Notes under the pieces: model-generated | The model's database searches: none | Seen by the model: the letters and a program-made list of their open reading frames with translations, nothing else | What the model was told of the DNA's origin: nothing | Translations under genes and position numbers: made by a program | Shown here: positions 19,675 to 30,266 of the stretch, in pieces | Layout: the number at the start of each line of letters is the position of its first letter | Numbering within the stretch: position 1 is the first letter of the stretch | Assembly (NCBI GenBank): GCA_051251915.1 | Contig: JBPOGF010000003.1 | Coordinates: 64,001-128,000 of the forward strand | DNA from: Akkermansiaceae bacterium | Lineage (GTDB): Bacteria; Verrucomicrobiota; Verrucomicrobiia; Verrucomicrobiales; Akkermansiaceae | Length of the DNA stretch: 64,000 bases | Direction of reading: 5' to 3'

Positions 19675-19705
19675 GTTCTTTTTCACTAATTAACTTTAAA
19701 TCACC

Positions 19706-19737
19706 AAGGCCTCGGGTTTATTCCTGAGGCCTTTTTT
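19706..19737 (+). terminator. Rho-independent terminator
   Basis: aaggcctcggg-tttatt-cctgaggcctt followed by Ts. Confidence 0.8.
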
Positions 19738-19850
19738 CTGTTTGGATTAAATTCTTTAGAAGGCTAGGGGTAAGGTTTTTCCGGAAGTAGGTTTTAGGGG
19801 TGTCCGAAGGGTCGCTTGACCGAGGAGGGGATAGGGGGTAGGACTTGGGT

Positions 19851-20333
19851 ATGCCTGAGTTAAAGAAGCTAACTGCCATCGTGGCGATGACTCCTGAGCG
19901 AGTGATCGGAAAAGATAATGATCTGCCTTGGAGGCTGCCTGAGGATCTGAAGATGTTTAAGCGGACTACTGCAGGGCATCCGGTGGTGATGGGGCGTAAG
20001 ACATGGGACTCATTGGGGAAATATAAACCACTTCCGGGGCGACAGAATATCGTGATCACGCGTGATGGTGCTTGGTCTGAAGATGGGGCAACGGTGATAC
20101 TTTCGCAGGAGGATCTGCGGGAAATCGAACTACAGGATGAGCATGTTTTTGTGATTGGGGGGGCGCAGATTTATGAGTTGTTTTTGCCGCATTTGGATGA
20201 GTTGATTGTGTCACATGTATTTAAGCAGTATGAGGGTGATACAAAGTTTCCAGAATTTAGTGAGCACTTCAGCGAGTATGAGGTGTTGGAGAGTTTTGAG
20301 GAATTTGAGGTTCGGCGGTATTTCAGAACTTAG
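19851..20333 (+). CDS. folA: Dihydrofolate reductase
   Basis: VIGKDNDLPWRLPEDL, VVMGRKTWDS, PLPGRQNIV, VIGGAQIY, GDTKFP. Confidence 0.96.
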   Translation: MPELKKLTAIVAMTPERVIGKDNDLPWRLPEDLKMFKRTTAGHPVVMGRKTWDSLGKYKPLPGRQNIVITRDGAWSEDGATVILSQEDLREIELQDEHVFVIGGAQIYELFLPHLDELIVSHVFKQYEGDTKFPEFSEHFSEYEVLESFEEFEVRRYFRT

Positions 20334-20385
20334 TTTACATGCCATTTACATTGTTTTCATTACTCTGTGCTATAGTTTTGGAGTT

Positions 20386-21555
20386 ATGAATAAGTTAAAA
20401 AAGATAGTTGTAGGGAGCTGTGTCACGGGTATGGGGTTAGGAATTTCTCCGCTGATGGCGAAGCCGGTGAGTGTGGAAAGAGGTGAAGCGCCTGGGCAGG
20501 CTGTTAACATAGTGAAACGGCAGAAGACGGTGGAGGTGTGTTTTGTGCTAGATACAACGGGCTCAATGAGCGGCTTGATAGAGGGGGCGAAGCAGAAGAT
20601 CTGGAGTATTGCTAGTGAGATAGCACAACGTCAGGACTCGCCCAAAATAAGATTTTCATTGGTGGCGTATCGTGACCGTGGTGATAGCTATGTGACGCAA
20701 GTAACGGATCTGAATGAGGATCTCGATGTGGTGCATGATAAGCTGATGAAGTTTGAAGCCAATGGAGGAGGGGATTCTCCAGAGTCTGTGAATCAGGCGC
20801 TGAATGAGGCGGTGACCAAGATTAAGTGGACTAAGGGTAAGGATGTGACTCGTATCGTTTTCCTAGTGGGAGATGCGCCGCCGCACATGGATTACGAGCA
20901 GGATGTGGAGTATAAAGTGAGTTGTGCATTGGCGAAAATGGATGGGATCATCATCAACGCAATTCAGTGTGGAGTGATGAATGATACCATTGCGCCTTGG
21001 AAAGAGATCGCGGAACTAGGTGGTGGAGATTACATTGCTTTGCCACAGGATGGTGGCGTGGTTGCGATTAGTTGTCCTCAGGATAAAAAGATTTCCGAGC
21101 TTACCGTGAAGCTGAATTTATCAGTGATTCCTTATGGTACGGCAGAGCGACAGCTTCAGGCTCAGTGGAAAGTGGATAACTCTAACAAAATATCTGGAGA
21201 GTATGCTGCGATGAATTCAACTCGCGCTGGTTGCTTATCGGTTCATGGTGGTAGCGTGAAAGCATTCTTGGGAGATAATGACTTAGTTTCAGAATGGGGA
21301 GACAAGAAGGTAACGTTGGAAAACCTGAAGAAGGAGCATTTACCGGATGAGTTTAAGAAGATGGATAAAGAGAAGCTTGTGAAGGTGCTGGATGAGAAGA
21401 TGAAGTTGCGCGCCCAGATTAAAACTGAAATGGACGTACTTCTCGCTGAGCGTGAGAAATTTTTAACTCAGGAGCTAGCGAAAAAAGGTAAGGGTGTGAA
21501 TGATAAGGCATTCGATGTGAATGTAGAGAATCTGCTTGAGAAGCAGATTAAGTAA
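20386..21555 (+). CDS. Secreted von Willebrand factor A domain protein
   Basis: MIDAS-type DTTGSM, GGGDSPE, LVGDAPPH. ATG at 20386 gives a signal peptide and avoids overlap with folA. Confidence 0.85.
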   Translation: MNKLKKIVVGSCVTGMGLGISPLMAKPVSVERGEAPGQAVNIVKRQKTVEVCFVLDTTGSMSGLIEGAKQKIWSIASEIAQRQDSPKIRFSLVAYRDRGDSYVTQVTDLNEDLDVVHDKLMKFEANGGGDSPESVNQALNEAVTKIKWTKGKDVTRIVFLVGDAPPHMDYEQDVEYKVSCALAKMDGIIINAIQCGVMNDTIAPWKEIAELGGGDYIALPQDGGVVAISCPQDKKISELTVKLNLSVIPYGTAERQLQAQWKVDNSNKISGEYAAMNSTRAGCLSVHGGSVKAFLGDNDLVSEWGDKKVTLENLKKEHLPDEFKKMDKEKLVKVLDEKMKLRAQIKTEMDVLLAEREKFLTQELAKKGKGVNDKAFDVNVENLLEKQIK

Positions 21556-21596
21556 TCATTCTAAGCTTAGTCTCTAGGCCTCATCACAGCAGAATA

Positions 21597-23711
21597 CTAT
21601 GATGGGGTGTGGGGTTCAAAGGTGGTGGACTGGAGGTAAGCATTTGCTTTGGTGGCTTTCTCGGCGGCTTCTTGGAGTGAGGCCTGGAGGCGTATTTGTT
21701 TAGTTTTTGTCCTAGGTGACGGCTTTCTTACTGAGGTGCCGTCGTTCTGGATGATGTGGGCATTCTGGTTGTCTTCGAATGCGGTCTTGAGAATTTCTGT
21801 TAGACGTTTTTTTGCTTTGGAGTCTGCGATGGGGATCATGAGTTCCACACGCTTTTCTAGGTTGCGGGTCATCCAATCTGCGGATGCGATGTAGAGCTCT
21901 GGGGTGCCACCTTTGTGGAAGTAGAAGATGCGAGCGTGCTCAAGATAGCGGTCGATCACGGAGACGACTTCGATGTTTTTGGAGAGACTTTTGTCCTGAG
22001 TCTTGAGGCAGCAGATTCCGCGGATGTTGAGCTGGATTTTTACGCCAGCTGCTGAGGCTGCGTAGAGGGCATCGATGATTTCTTGGTCTTGTAGTGAGTT
22101 GACCTTGGCTATGATCTGGGCTGGCTCGCCTTGTTTGGCGCGCTTTGCTTCGCGGTTAATTTTGCTGATTAATGCACGCTTCATTTCTGTTGGTGCAGGG
22201 ATCAGTTTTTTGAGAGTGGTGAGCTTGGATCTACCGGTGATGGCATTGAAGAAAACGGATGCGTCTGCACCGTAGCTGTTACGTGCTGTTAGGTATGAAG
22301 CATCAGTGTAGAGCTTGGCTGTGGATTCGTTGTAGTTGCCGGTGCCGAGGTGTAGGTAACGTTTGATGTTGCCATTTTCATTTCTCACAATGAGGAGGAT
22401 CTTGGCGTGTGTCTTGAGGTTCTTTACGCCGTAGACGATCTGGACACCTGCTCGCTGGAGTTCGTCCGCGCGTTGGAGGTTACGGGCTTCATCGAAGCGG
22501 GCTTTGAGTTCTACGAGGACGGTGACTTGCTTGCCATTCTGTGCAGCGCGGATAAGTGCATCAATGATGCGGGAGTTACTGGCGGTGCGGTAGAGAACTT
22601 GTTTGATGGCGAGGGTGTATGGGTCAGTGGATGCTTCCTCAATGAGGCGTATGACTGGCTCAAAACTTTCGTAAGGATGGTAGAGAAGAACATCGTTGGC
22701 AGCAATGGTCTCAAACATGGACTGCTCAGGTGGAAAGGCTGCTGATGGTTGGGGTTTCCATTCAGGATCACGTAGGTTGTCTTGGCCGGGGAGGAATGCG
22801 ATGGACATGAAGTCTGCTAGGTTAAGAGGTCCAGAGATGCGGTAGACGTGGTCTTCTTCTGTTTTCTCGTCAGTGTTGGTGACGGTGCAGACTGCTCGAA
22901 GTAGGTCTTCTGAGATGTCTGCTGGGATTTCTAGACGGACGGCTTTGCTGAATTTCCTCTGATTGAGGATATCTTCCATTTCACCGGCGATGTCCATGGC
23001 GTCTTCATCGTGTAGGATGATGTCTCCATTTCTGGTGATGCGGAAGTGTGAGCTATCGATGATAGTTTCTTCAGGGAAAAGTGTGTGAGCATTGTGGCTG
23101 ATGACTTCTTCTGCAGTGATGATGTGGAGGGCGTTGTCATCTGTGATGTAATGAAATCTGTCCACTAGGCTAGGGACAGGGAGGAATACTGTGCGGGTAT
23201 TCTGCTCTGCATCTTGGAGCTTGAGGATGAGAGTGATTTGGTCTGCTGGTAGTGATGGTATGGATTCATATTCATCTTCTTCAGCATCAAATCCTAGAGG
23301 TGTGAGGGTGGGGAAAATGGTGTTATTGAATTTTTCTGTTAGAGTATTTCTGTGGGCGTGGCTGAGTTCTAAGAGAGGTGTGAAATAAATCTCATTTTCA
23401 GCTAACTCAGGGGTAAGTTTTGTTTCTAACAGCTCGCTGAAATCTTGATACATGGTGTAGATGCGAGTGCGGATGGCGCTGAGCTGCTCTACGACAGTGA
23501 GGCCAGTGATGTCTGTGGCATGAGAACCAGCCATGAGTTGAGCGCTAAGTCCGCCAACACGTACTTGGAAAAACTCATCAAGGTTTGATGCTGTGATCGC
23601 GAGGAATTTTACTCTTTCAAGCAGTGGTAGGTCATCACGCTGAGCTTCGCTTAGGACGCGTTGGTTGAATTCGATCCATGAGAGTTCACGGTTGATGTAA
23701 TGAGTGGACAT
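21597..23711 (-). CDS. ppk1: Polyphosphate kinase 1
   Basis: NRELSWIEFNQRVL, SNLDEFF, HPYESF, ELKARFDE, KTHAK, GTGNYN, RYLEHARI, SADWMTRN. Confidence 0.97.
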   Translation of the reverse strand: MSTHYINRELSWIEFNQRVLSEAQRDDLPLLERVKFLAITASNLDEFFQVRVGGLSAQLMAGSHATDITGLTVVEQLSAIRTRIYTMYQDFSELLETKLTPELAENEIYFTPLLELSHAHRNTLTEKFNNTIFPTLTPLGFDAEEDEYESIPSLPADQITLILKLQDAEQNTRTVFLPVPSLVDRFHYITDDNALHIITAEEVISHNAHTLFPEETIIDSSHFRITRNGDIILHDEDAMDIAGEMEDILNQRKFSKAVRLEIPADISEDLLRAVCTVTNTDEKTEEDHVYRISGPLNLADFMSIAFLPGQDNLRDPEWKPQPSAAFPPEQSMFETIAANDVLLYHPYESFEPVIRLIEEASTDPYTLAIKQVLYRTASNSRIIDALIRAAQNGKQVTVLVELKARFDEARNLQRADELQRAGVQIVYGVKNLKTHAKILLIVRNENGNIKRYLHLGTGNYNESTAKLYTDASYLTARNSYGADASVFFNAITGRSKLTTLKKLIPAPTEMKRALISKINREAKRAKQGEPAQIIAKVNSLQDQEIIDALYAASAAGVKIQLNIRGICCLKTQDKSLSKNIEVVSVIDRYLEHARIFYFHKGGTPELYIASADWMTRNLEKRVELMIPIADSKAKKRLTEILKTAFEDNQNAHIIQNDGTSVRKPSPRTKTKQIRLQASLQEAAEKATKANAYLQSTTFEPHTPS

Positions 23712-23715
23712 GATT

Positions 23716-25248
23716 TTATTTTTCTTCGTGTATGTGGATTTCTAGGCCGAAAATGTTTTGGAATAAGTCGCCTTTTGATTTCATGGCGATGCGCTCAACG
23801 GTGGCGTCATTAACGTCTGTTAGATAGATGTTAAGTATCTCAGGGGTGAAGTTGACGTGGAGGTTATCTGCGCGAGATGAGTGGGTGCGGTCAAGTGCGT
23901 CTGCTATTCTAAGTAGACTGGCTAGCTTGGAGACTCGCATCTGTTGGTGAGTGTCGAGATCACGATAGATGGAGTGGGAGGGTTTCGGTGGAGAGTTTCT
24001 GTGATAGCGGGCAATGAGTGCTACGATCTGGATGTCAGAGTATGATAGCCCGAAGATGTCACTATTTTGGATGATGTATTGTGAATGTTTGTGGTGGGAT
24101 TCATCAGCGATGAATCCGCCACATTCGTGCAGCAGTGATGCGCAGTGTAGTAGGAGCTTGGCTTGGGGGTCTAGCTTGTGGAGGTCATCTAGCTCTTCAT
24201 AGAGGTAGAGCGCGGTAGCTGTGACTTGTCTAGCGTGCCTTCTGTTGATGCGGCATTTCTTAGCGAGCTCCCACGCAGATGCGGTGACCTCTTCTGTGAA
24301 TGATGCGGAGGACTCATGAGAGAGGTGGATGTCTTGGAGTAACTCGTTCTCGTAGTGGCTTCCGGGAATGGTGATTTTGTCCAATCCTAGTACTTGTGCA
24401 ATGCAGGTATTGATGGCGATGGCAGATGGGAGGACCTCGGCTGTGTGGTAGTCGATGTTGTAGTGGGAGACGATGTCATCGTCATCCATGTTGATGACAG
24501 AATCATTAATCTTTTGCAGTTTTTTAAGCGTGCATTGAGATTTTCTACCGCTTACGAGCTGAGGTTGGAGGAGCTGGATCTCATAGCCGATGAAGATGAC
24601 TTCTTGAAATTCTATTCCATGAAAGTCCTCGATGAGGGAGTCTAACTGACTATTGATGTGGTCATGGAGAAGCTGGTTGGTATGGGTGTCATCGATGGCA
24701 TTATTGCGGACTTCCTCAGTCGCGCGGTAGATGCCGATGCGGTAACTTTTATAGGATTCGATTTTTCCTTCTTTAAAGAATAATGTGCGAGTGTTCCCTG
24801 GACCGGCATGAACCACGAGGGTGTTGTACTGCTCCATCTCTGGCTTATCTAGCAGACGGCGGCGCGTTTTCATGTAGATGAGTCGGGTCATTTCGCCGTC
24901 ATCTAGGACTTCAACGGTGATGCCACAGCTGATCTGCAAGCGGTTGATAAAGATATCTTTGTTGGCTGCTAAGGAGAGGATGTTTGTGGCTACTATGCGG
25001 ACACAGGTGTCTTGAGGGTTGATGCCTAGCTCTTGTAGGATGGCATTGTATCCTGATAGAATGGAGACACAATTTTTGATAGTAGACTTGGTGATCTCAC
25101 GTCTACTGAAGATGTCATGCGCGAGCGAGGTAGACTTCTCCAAATACTCGATCTGCTCACCAGCTTTATTTGAAATGAGGAAGGAAATAGAACTAGCGCC
25201 AATATGGATGGCCGCGCTCAATTTCAAAGGTGTAAGTAGAGGATCCAT
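23716..25248 (-). CDS. ppx: Ppx/GppA-family protein with C-terminal HD-type domain; ASKHA catalytic motifs degenerate
   Basis: Ppx architecture; C-terminal LLHECG, HHKHSQYII, IARYHR, LRIADALD; 4 bp upstream of ppk1. Confidence 0.8.
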   Translation of the reverse strand: MDPLLTPLKLSAAIHIGASSISFLISNKAGEQIEYLEKSTSLAHDIFSRREITKSTIKNCVSILSGYNAILQELGINPQDTCVRIVATNILSLAANKDIFINRLQISCGITVEVLDDGEMTRLIYMKTRRRLLDKPEMEQYNTLVVHAGPGNTRTLFFKEGKIESYKSYRIGIYRATEEVRNNAIDDTHTNQLLHDHINSQLDSLIEDFHGIEFQEVIFIGYEIQLLQPQLVSGRKSQCTLKKLQKINDSVINMDDDDIVSHYNIDYHTAEVLPSAIAINTCIAQVLGLDKITIPGSHYENELLQDIHLSHESSASFTEEVTASAWELAKKCRINRRHARQVTATALYLYEELDDLHKLDPQAKLLLHCASLLHECGGFIADESHHKHSQYIIQNSDIFGLSYSDIQIVALIARYHRNSPPKPSHSIYRDLDTHQQMRVSKLASLLRIADALDRTHSSRADNLHVNFTPEILNIYLTDVNDATVERIAMKSKGDLFQNIFGLEIHIHEEK

Positions 25249-25378
25249 GTGGCAATATGGATACTTGTGAATTGCCTAAAAGACAAGGAAAAGTAATGAT
25301 ACATTTCTGAGACAACGAAGCATTCGATGCACTGAAAAGGCCTTGTAAAAACCGCAAACCCGCTACACACTCCGCGGC

Positions 25379-26803
25379 ATGAACGCTATACCTAATGTCC
25401 TCGCAGAACGCTATGCCTCTGCTTCTATCACCAATATTTGGTCTGCTGCAGGCCGCATCGTCTTAGAACGTGAATTCTGGATCTCTGTAATGAAGGCGCA
25501 GAGGGATCTAGGGCTAGACATTCCGCAGGAAGCTATCGAGGCTTATGAATCTGTGAAAGATCAGGTGAATCTGCCTGCGATTATGGAACGCGAGCGCATC
25601 ACGAGACATGATGTGAAGGCGAGGATCGAAGAATTCTGTGATCTTGCTGGTCACCAGCACATTCATAAAGGGATGACTTCAAGAGACCTTACAGAAAACG
25701 TTGAGCAGCTTCAGGTGTATCGCTCATTATTGATCATCAGGGATAAAACCATTGCGACGCTTGCTAAGATAAGCAGTAGAGCGGAGCAGTGGAAGGATTT
25801 AGTAATCACTGGCCGCACGCACAATGTGGCGGCTCAGCCAACTACATTTGGCAAACGTCTTGCGATGTTTGGGGAGGAACTTCTCGGATCACTCAGCTCG
25901 CTGAACCATCACATCGCCACTTATACTGTGCGCGGACTGAAGGGGGCAGTGGGCACACAGATGGATCAGATTTCACTTTTTGATGGTGATCTCGATAAGG
26001 TTTCCGCACTTGAGGAAAAAATCTGTAGCAATCTTGGTATCCCGGAAGTGTATACTAATGTTGGACAGGTTTATCCACGGTCATTAGATTTCCGCACTGT
26101 TTCAGTTCTTACTGATCTTGCGGCTGGTCCGTCATCAATGAGCCGCACGTTGCGACTGATGGCTGGAAATGAGACTGCTTCAGAGGGCTTTGCGAAAGGT
26201 CAGACTGGCTCAAGTGCGATGCCACATAAGATGAATTCACGTTCTTGTGAGCGTGTGAATGGTTTCCAAACGATTCTTAAGGGATACTTGAATATGGCGA
26301 TGGGGCTGGCTGGTGATCAGTGGAATGAGGGTGATGTTTCATGTTCTGTAGTGCGCCGTGTGATGCTTCCAGATGCGTTTTATGCTTGTGACGGGATGTT
26401 TGAGACGTTCCTCACGATCTTGAATCAAATGGATGCTTATCCAGCGGTGATCGAGGCTGAGAATAATCATTACTTACCATTCCTCATGACTACGACTATT
26501 ATGATGGAAGCTGTGAAGGCTGGTGTGGGTAGAGAAGCCGCGCACAAGGCTATCAAGGAAAATGCGGTAGCGACTGTGAATGACCTCCGCACTGGAGCGA
26601 CACGTGAGAATGATCTACTGGTTCGTCTGGCAGCAGATGATCGTATCCCGCTCACTGAAGAACAGCTCACAGCATTGATGGATGAAGGAAAAGAAAATGC
26701 AGGAACGGCAAGGATCCAAGTGAGTGCATTTGCAGCTAAAGTGAAGCAACTTTGTGATGAGAATCCAGAGGCTGCAAACTACACACCTGGATCTATCCTC
26801 TAA
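25379..26803 (+). CDS. purB: Adenylosuccinate lyase
   Basis: RHDVKA, HKGMTSRD, GRTHNVAAQPTT, signature GSSAMPHKMN. Confidence 0.95.
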   Translation: MNAIPNVLAERYASASITNIWSAAGRIVLEREFWISVMKAQRDLGLDIPQEAIEAYESVKDQVNLPAIMERERITRHDVKARIEEFCDLAGHQHIHKGMTSRDLTENVEQLQVYRSLLIIRDKTIATLAKISSRAEQWKDLVITGRTHNVAAQPTTFGKRLAMFGEELLGSLSSLNHHIATYTVRGLKGAVGTQMDQISLFDGDLDKVSALEEKICSNLGIPEVYTNVGQVYPRSLDFRTVSVLTDLAAGPSSMSRTLRLMAGNETASEGFAKGQTGSSAMPHKMNSRSCERVNGFQTILKGYLNMAMGLAGDQWNEGDVSCSVVRRVMLPDAFYACDGMFETFLTILNQMDAYPAVIEAENNHYLPFLMTTTIMMEAVKAGVGREAAHKAIKENAVATVNDLRTGATRENDLLVRLAADDRIPLTEEQLTALMDEGKENAGTARIQVSAFAAKVKQLCDENPEAANYTPGSIL

Positions 26804-26816
26804 AAAAACAAAGAAA

Positions 26817-29576
26817 ATGTCTGACTATTTAGCATCACTCACTCATCGTATAGATTCAGATCTCGGCCCTATTTTAGAGGCTGAGGTCAACACGCCTGAG
26901 GCGCAACTTGAGCGAGCTGATGCGATAAAGGCATTTCTTCAGACTGAGGATGACATCATTATGGCACTCCATGATTCTGGAGTGTCTGGATTGACCATTG
27001 CTGGGTATAGGGCATCATTGATAGACACCTTTTTACAGACAGCATTCAATAATGAAGTTGCAAAACTCGAGGGAGATAATGTCCCGACTATATCACTTAT
27101 CGCGGTGGGGGGATATGGACGTGGGGAGTTGAACCCTGGTTCAGATTTGGACATCTTATTTCTGGTTCCTAAGCCCGCTAATTCTTATCCTAAAGACAGT
27201 GCCACATCGGTACTGATACAAAACATCCTTTATTTGCTTTGGGACACAGGATTTAAAGTAGGACATGCAACTCGTTCATTGATAGAGTGCATCAAGGAGG
27301 CGAAAAGTGAACAGCAATCTAAAACTGCGATGATGGACGTGCGTCTTCTGTCGGGTGATGAAGCACTATTTCATAAGTTTACTGATCGTTTCGAGAGAGA
27401 CTGTCTGCTTCGTGATCAACAGGCATTTCTGGATCTTCGGATTGAAGATCTCAGCTCTAGGCATAAGAAATATTCACATACTGTGTTTCTCCAAGAGCCG
27501 CATGTGAAAGAGAGTTGTGGAGGGCTACGAGATTACCACAATATCCTCTGGGTGGCGCGCGCTAAGCGTGGTACTTCTGACTTACAAGCTTTGGTGAATG
27601 AAAAAATTCTATCTAAGCGAGCTTATGACGAACTGATAGCAGCCTATGATTTTATCCATCGGGTAAGAAACGAACTTCATTACTATAATCAGTCAAACAC
27701 AGACATTCTTACTTTGAGGCTTCAGGGTGTGGTAGCTACGAATTTCAAGTATCCGCAGAAGAGTATTTTACGCCGTTGTGAGGCGTTCATGAAGGACTAT
27801 TATACGCATACGAGAAACATTTATCGACACACTTCATCATTGATGGAGAGCTTCCAGCTGGAAGTAGCTCAGGAGGATGAGTCTAGATGGAAGAGGCTTT
27901 TTTCACCTAAGAAAAAGCGTGAGGTTTTTGACGGATTTATCGCAAGAAATGGACTGATCTATGCGCAGAATAGCCAGATTTTTGAAGAGAACTCTCATCG
28001 GTTAATGCGTGTCTTTCAGCACTGCCAGATTAAGGGCTTAAACCTTAGCCCGCAGATGCGTAAATTGCTCAAGGATAATGCGGATAAGATCGACCTGAAA
28101 TTCCGGCAGTCTCGCTCTAACAGAGAGACATTTCGTGCGATGTTGGAGAGGAAGGGTGATGTCGCTACTTGTTTGAGAATGATGCATAGAGTTGGGTTGC
28201 TGGGAGCATATCTACCAGAATTTGGAGCTTTAGATTGCCTTGTGCAGCACGAGTTCTTCCATCGTTACACGGCAGATGAGCACACACTTCGTTGTATTGA
28301 TGAGCTGGATAAACTGGTAGATAATGATTCCCGTGAGCTAGAGATCTACAGAAACATCCTCATGAAAACGGGAGACTCATACGCACTCTATCTGGCCCTG
28401 ATTATGCATGATACTGGCAGGGCGGAAAATGTGCGTGAGCATATTGATGGCTCCGCGATCTTGACCTCCAGAGTCTGCACTCGGATGCGGATCAGTGGGG
28501 CCAGGAGGTCACTCATTACTTTTCTTGTGGACCACCATCTCACCTTCTGGCGGTATGCTACTAACAGAAATCTGGATGACCCATTAGTGATCGAAGAGTT
28601 TGCTAATATTATGGGTACGCCGCAACGGCTTAGCACCTTGTTTTTATTTACCTATGCGGACTCAAATGGAACGAATGAAAAGGGTTGGTCGCCTTGGAAA
28701 GAGTCATTGATGCTGCAACTTTATCGCTCTACTACGCAGTATTTGTGCGAGGGCAAAGAGAAGTATAGAGCATTGTTAGACGAGGAAAAGGCGAGGCTTT
28801 TCGTAGCCGCTAAGAAGAGGCTAGATCCTAAATATCATGACCAGTTAGTACAGCATTTTGAGACGATGCCGATGCGCTATTTCCGTTTCCGCGAGTCAGT
28901 GAATATAGGGACTCATGTGAAGGCTGTGGCTAAATTTATAGCAGCGGACAAAATCGCCGATGATGATAAATCTGCAGATCTCCGCTGGATAGCACGTCCT
29001 GACCGAGCTTATACTGAGCTGGTGGTGACTTGTTGGAATACGACATTGCTGTGTGAGAAGGTTTGCTGTGCTTTGGCTTCTGAGGAGCTGAATATTATTG
29101 CGGCAGATGTTTACACGAGGACAGACAATGTGGTGTGCGACATTTTCCAGGTCTGCACTACTGATCACCAGCCGATAACAGATGCGAATGTGAAAAAACG
29201 TGTAGTGGCGAAGTTGAAAGAGCTGATACGTCACGAGGGTTATGATCCTGACAAGTATCTCAAAAAGAAGAAGAATTACCTTCGAAAAGACACTGCCGAA
29301 GGTGGTATTCCTTTTCCTGTCAGAGCGTTTACGAATAATCATTTGAGTTCTACTTTCACAGCTATTGAGATCCAAGCGCAGGACAGGATTGCCCTCTTGC
29401 ATGACTTGTTTTTAGAAATAGGAAAGTTAGGGTTAGCAACTCATCATGCTAGAATCTGTACGGAAAAAGGTGCGGCGATGGATACATTTTACGTGTGTCA
29501 TCTAACGGGTGAGAAAGTGGAAGATCCGGAATTGTTAGAGCGTATAGAAAAATCTCTAACGGAATTGCTTAATTGA
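26817..29576 (+). CDS. glnD: [Protein-PII] uridylyltransferase
   Basis: AVGGYGRGELNPGSDLDILFL, EPHVKESCGGLRD, HRYTADEH, MHDTG (HD domain), two C-terminal ACT domains; start at ATG 26817. Confidence 0.95.
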   Translation: MSDYLASLTHRIDSDLGPILEAEVNTPEAQLERADAIKAFLQTEDDIIMALHDSGVSGLTIAGYRASLIDTFLQTAFNNEVAKLEGDNVPTISLIAVGGYGRGELNPGSDLDILFLVPKPANSYPKDSATSVLIQNILYLLWDTGFKVGHATRSLIECIKEAKSEQQSKTAMMDVRLLSGDEALFHKFTDRFERDCLLRDQQAFLDLRIEDLSSRHKKYSHTVFLQEPHVKESCGGLRDYHNILWVARAKRGTSDLQALVNEKILSKRAYDELIAAYDFIHRVRNELHYYNQSNTDILTLRLQGVVATNFKYPQKSILRRCEAFMKDYYTHTRNIYRHTSSLMESFQLEVAQEDESRWKRLFSPKKKREVFDGFIARNGLIYAQNSQIFEENSHRLMRVFQHCQIKGLNLSPQMRKLLKDNADKIDLKFRQSRSNRETFRAMLERKGDVATCLRMMHRVGLLGAYLPEFGALDCLVQHEFFHRYTADEHTLRCIDELDKLVDNDSRELEIYRNILMKTGDSYALYLALIMHDTGRAENVREHIDGSAILTSRVCTRMRISGARRSLITFLVDHHLTFWRYATNRNLDDPLVIEEFANIMGTPQRLSTLFLFTYADSNGTNEKGWSPWKESLMLQLYRSTTQYLCEGKEKYRALLDEEKARLFVAAKKRLDPKYHDQLVQHFETMPMRYFRFRESVNIGTHVKAVAKFIAADKIADDDKSADLRWIARPDRAYTELVVTCWNTTLLCEKVCCALASEELNIIAADVYTRTDNVVCDIFQVCTTDHQPITDANVKKRVVAKLKELIRHEGYDPDKYLKKKKNYLRKDTAEGGIPFPVRAFTNNHLSSTFTAIEIQAQDRIALLHDLFLEIGKLGLATHHARICTEKGAAMDTFYVCHLTGEKVEDPELLERIEKSLTELLN

Positions 29577-29592
29577 GCAAAAAAATAATATT

Positions 29593-30183
29593 ATGTCAGA
29601 TAAGAAAACAGAACAATTGATTTACGAAGTTTATAATCATCAAAAGCTGGAGCTAGTAAAGCACCTGATCATGAATGATCCAGAATTGGGTTCGGCTATG
29701 ATTTATCTTACTATGACAGATGAGGTTCACGCCTTGACTACTGCGTTGAGTCAGGCCGGATTGCATGTGGATTCTATTCACGGAAAGAAGAAGCCTGAGG
29801 CGCGCTTGGTGGTGCTGGGTGAGCACGTGGCAGGTAAGTTAGATTATCTGGTAGTCACCGAGGCATGTGCTCGTAATCTAGACATTTCTGGAGTTAAAAC
29901 GATCATCAATGTGGATTTCCCTGAGTTGGTAAAAGATTACGAGAGACAGGTGTTATCACCAGATACTGAACGTGTGTACAGTTTTGCAAACCCGAAGGGG
30001 AATAAGCTTCTGATGGCACTAGAGGAGTTGATAGAGGTAAGTATTCCACGCGCTACTTCTGATGGGTTTAGCTATGATAAACATGCCTTGAAGGTGTCTA
30101 CACGGAATAAGCAACGTAAGAGTGGACCGCGTTCTAAGCCGCTTCAGAATAAGAAGTCTAAGCTGAAGAAGAAGGGACGATAG
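29593..30183 (+). CDS. Stand-alone helicase C-terminal (RecA2)-like domain with basic tail
   Basis: IHGKKK..AR, LVVTEACARNLDI (motif V-like), INVDFP; no N-terminal DEAD domain. Confidence 0.7.
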   Translation: MSDKKTEQLIYEVYNHQKLELVKHLIMNDPELGSAMIYLTMTDEVHALTTALSQAGLHVDSIHGKKKPEARLVVLGEHVAGKLDYLVVTEACARNLDISGVKTIINVDFPELVKDYERQVLSPDTERVYSFANPKGNKLLMALEELIEVSIPRATSDGFSYDKHALKVSTRNKQRKSGPRSKPLQNKKSKLKKKGR

Positions 30184-30202
30184 TTTTATTAAATTCACGA
30201 CT

Positions 30203-30235
30203 AAAAAACCATTCATGACGGATCATGAATGGTTT
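30203..30235. terminator. Terminator between convergent genes
   Basis: Perfect 13-bp stem aaaccattcatga-cgga-tcatgaatggttt; A6 on the left gives a U-tract on the minus strand. Confidence 0.8.
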
Positions 30236-30266
30236 CTCTGATGAATCTAGGATGTTATATAATTTG

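Noticed and set aside
20206..20385. N-terminal extension of the vWA ORF
   Set aside because: Overlaps folA; ATG 20386 gives a proper signal peptide.
26754..26816. N-terminal extension of glnD
   Set aside because: Overlaps the purB end; ATG 26817 is more plausible.
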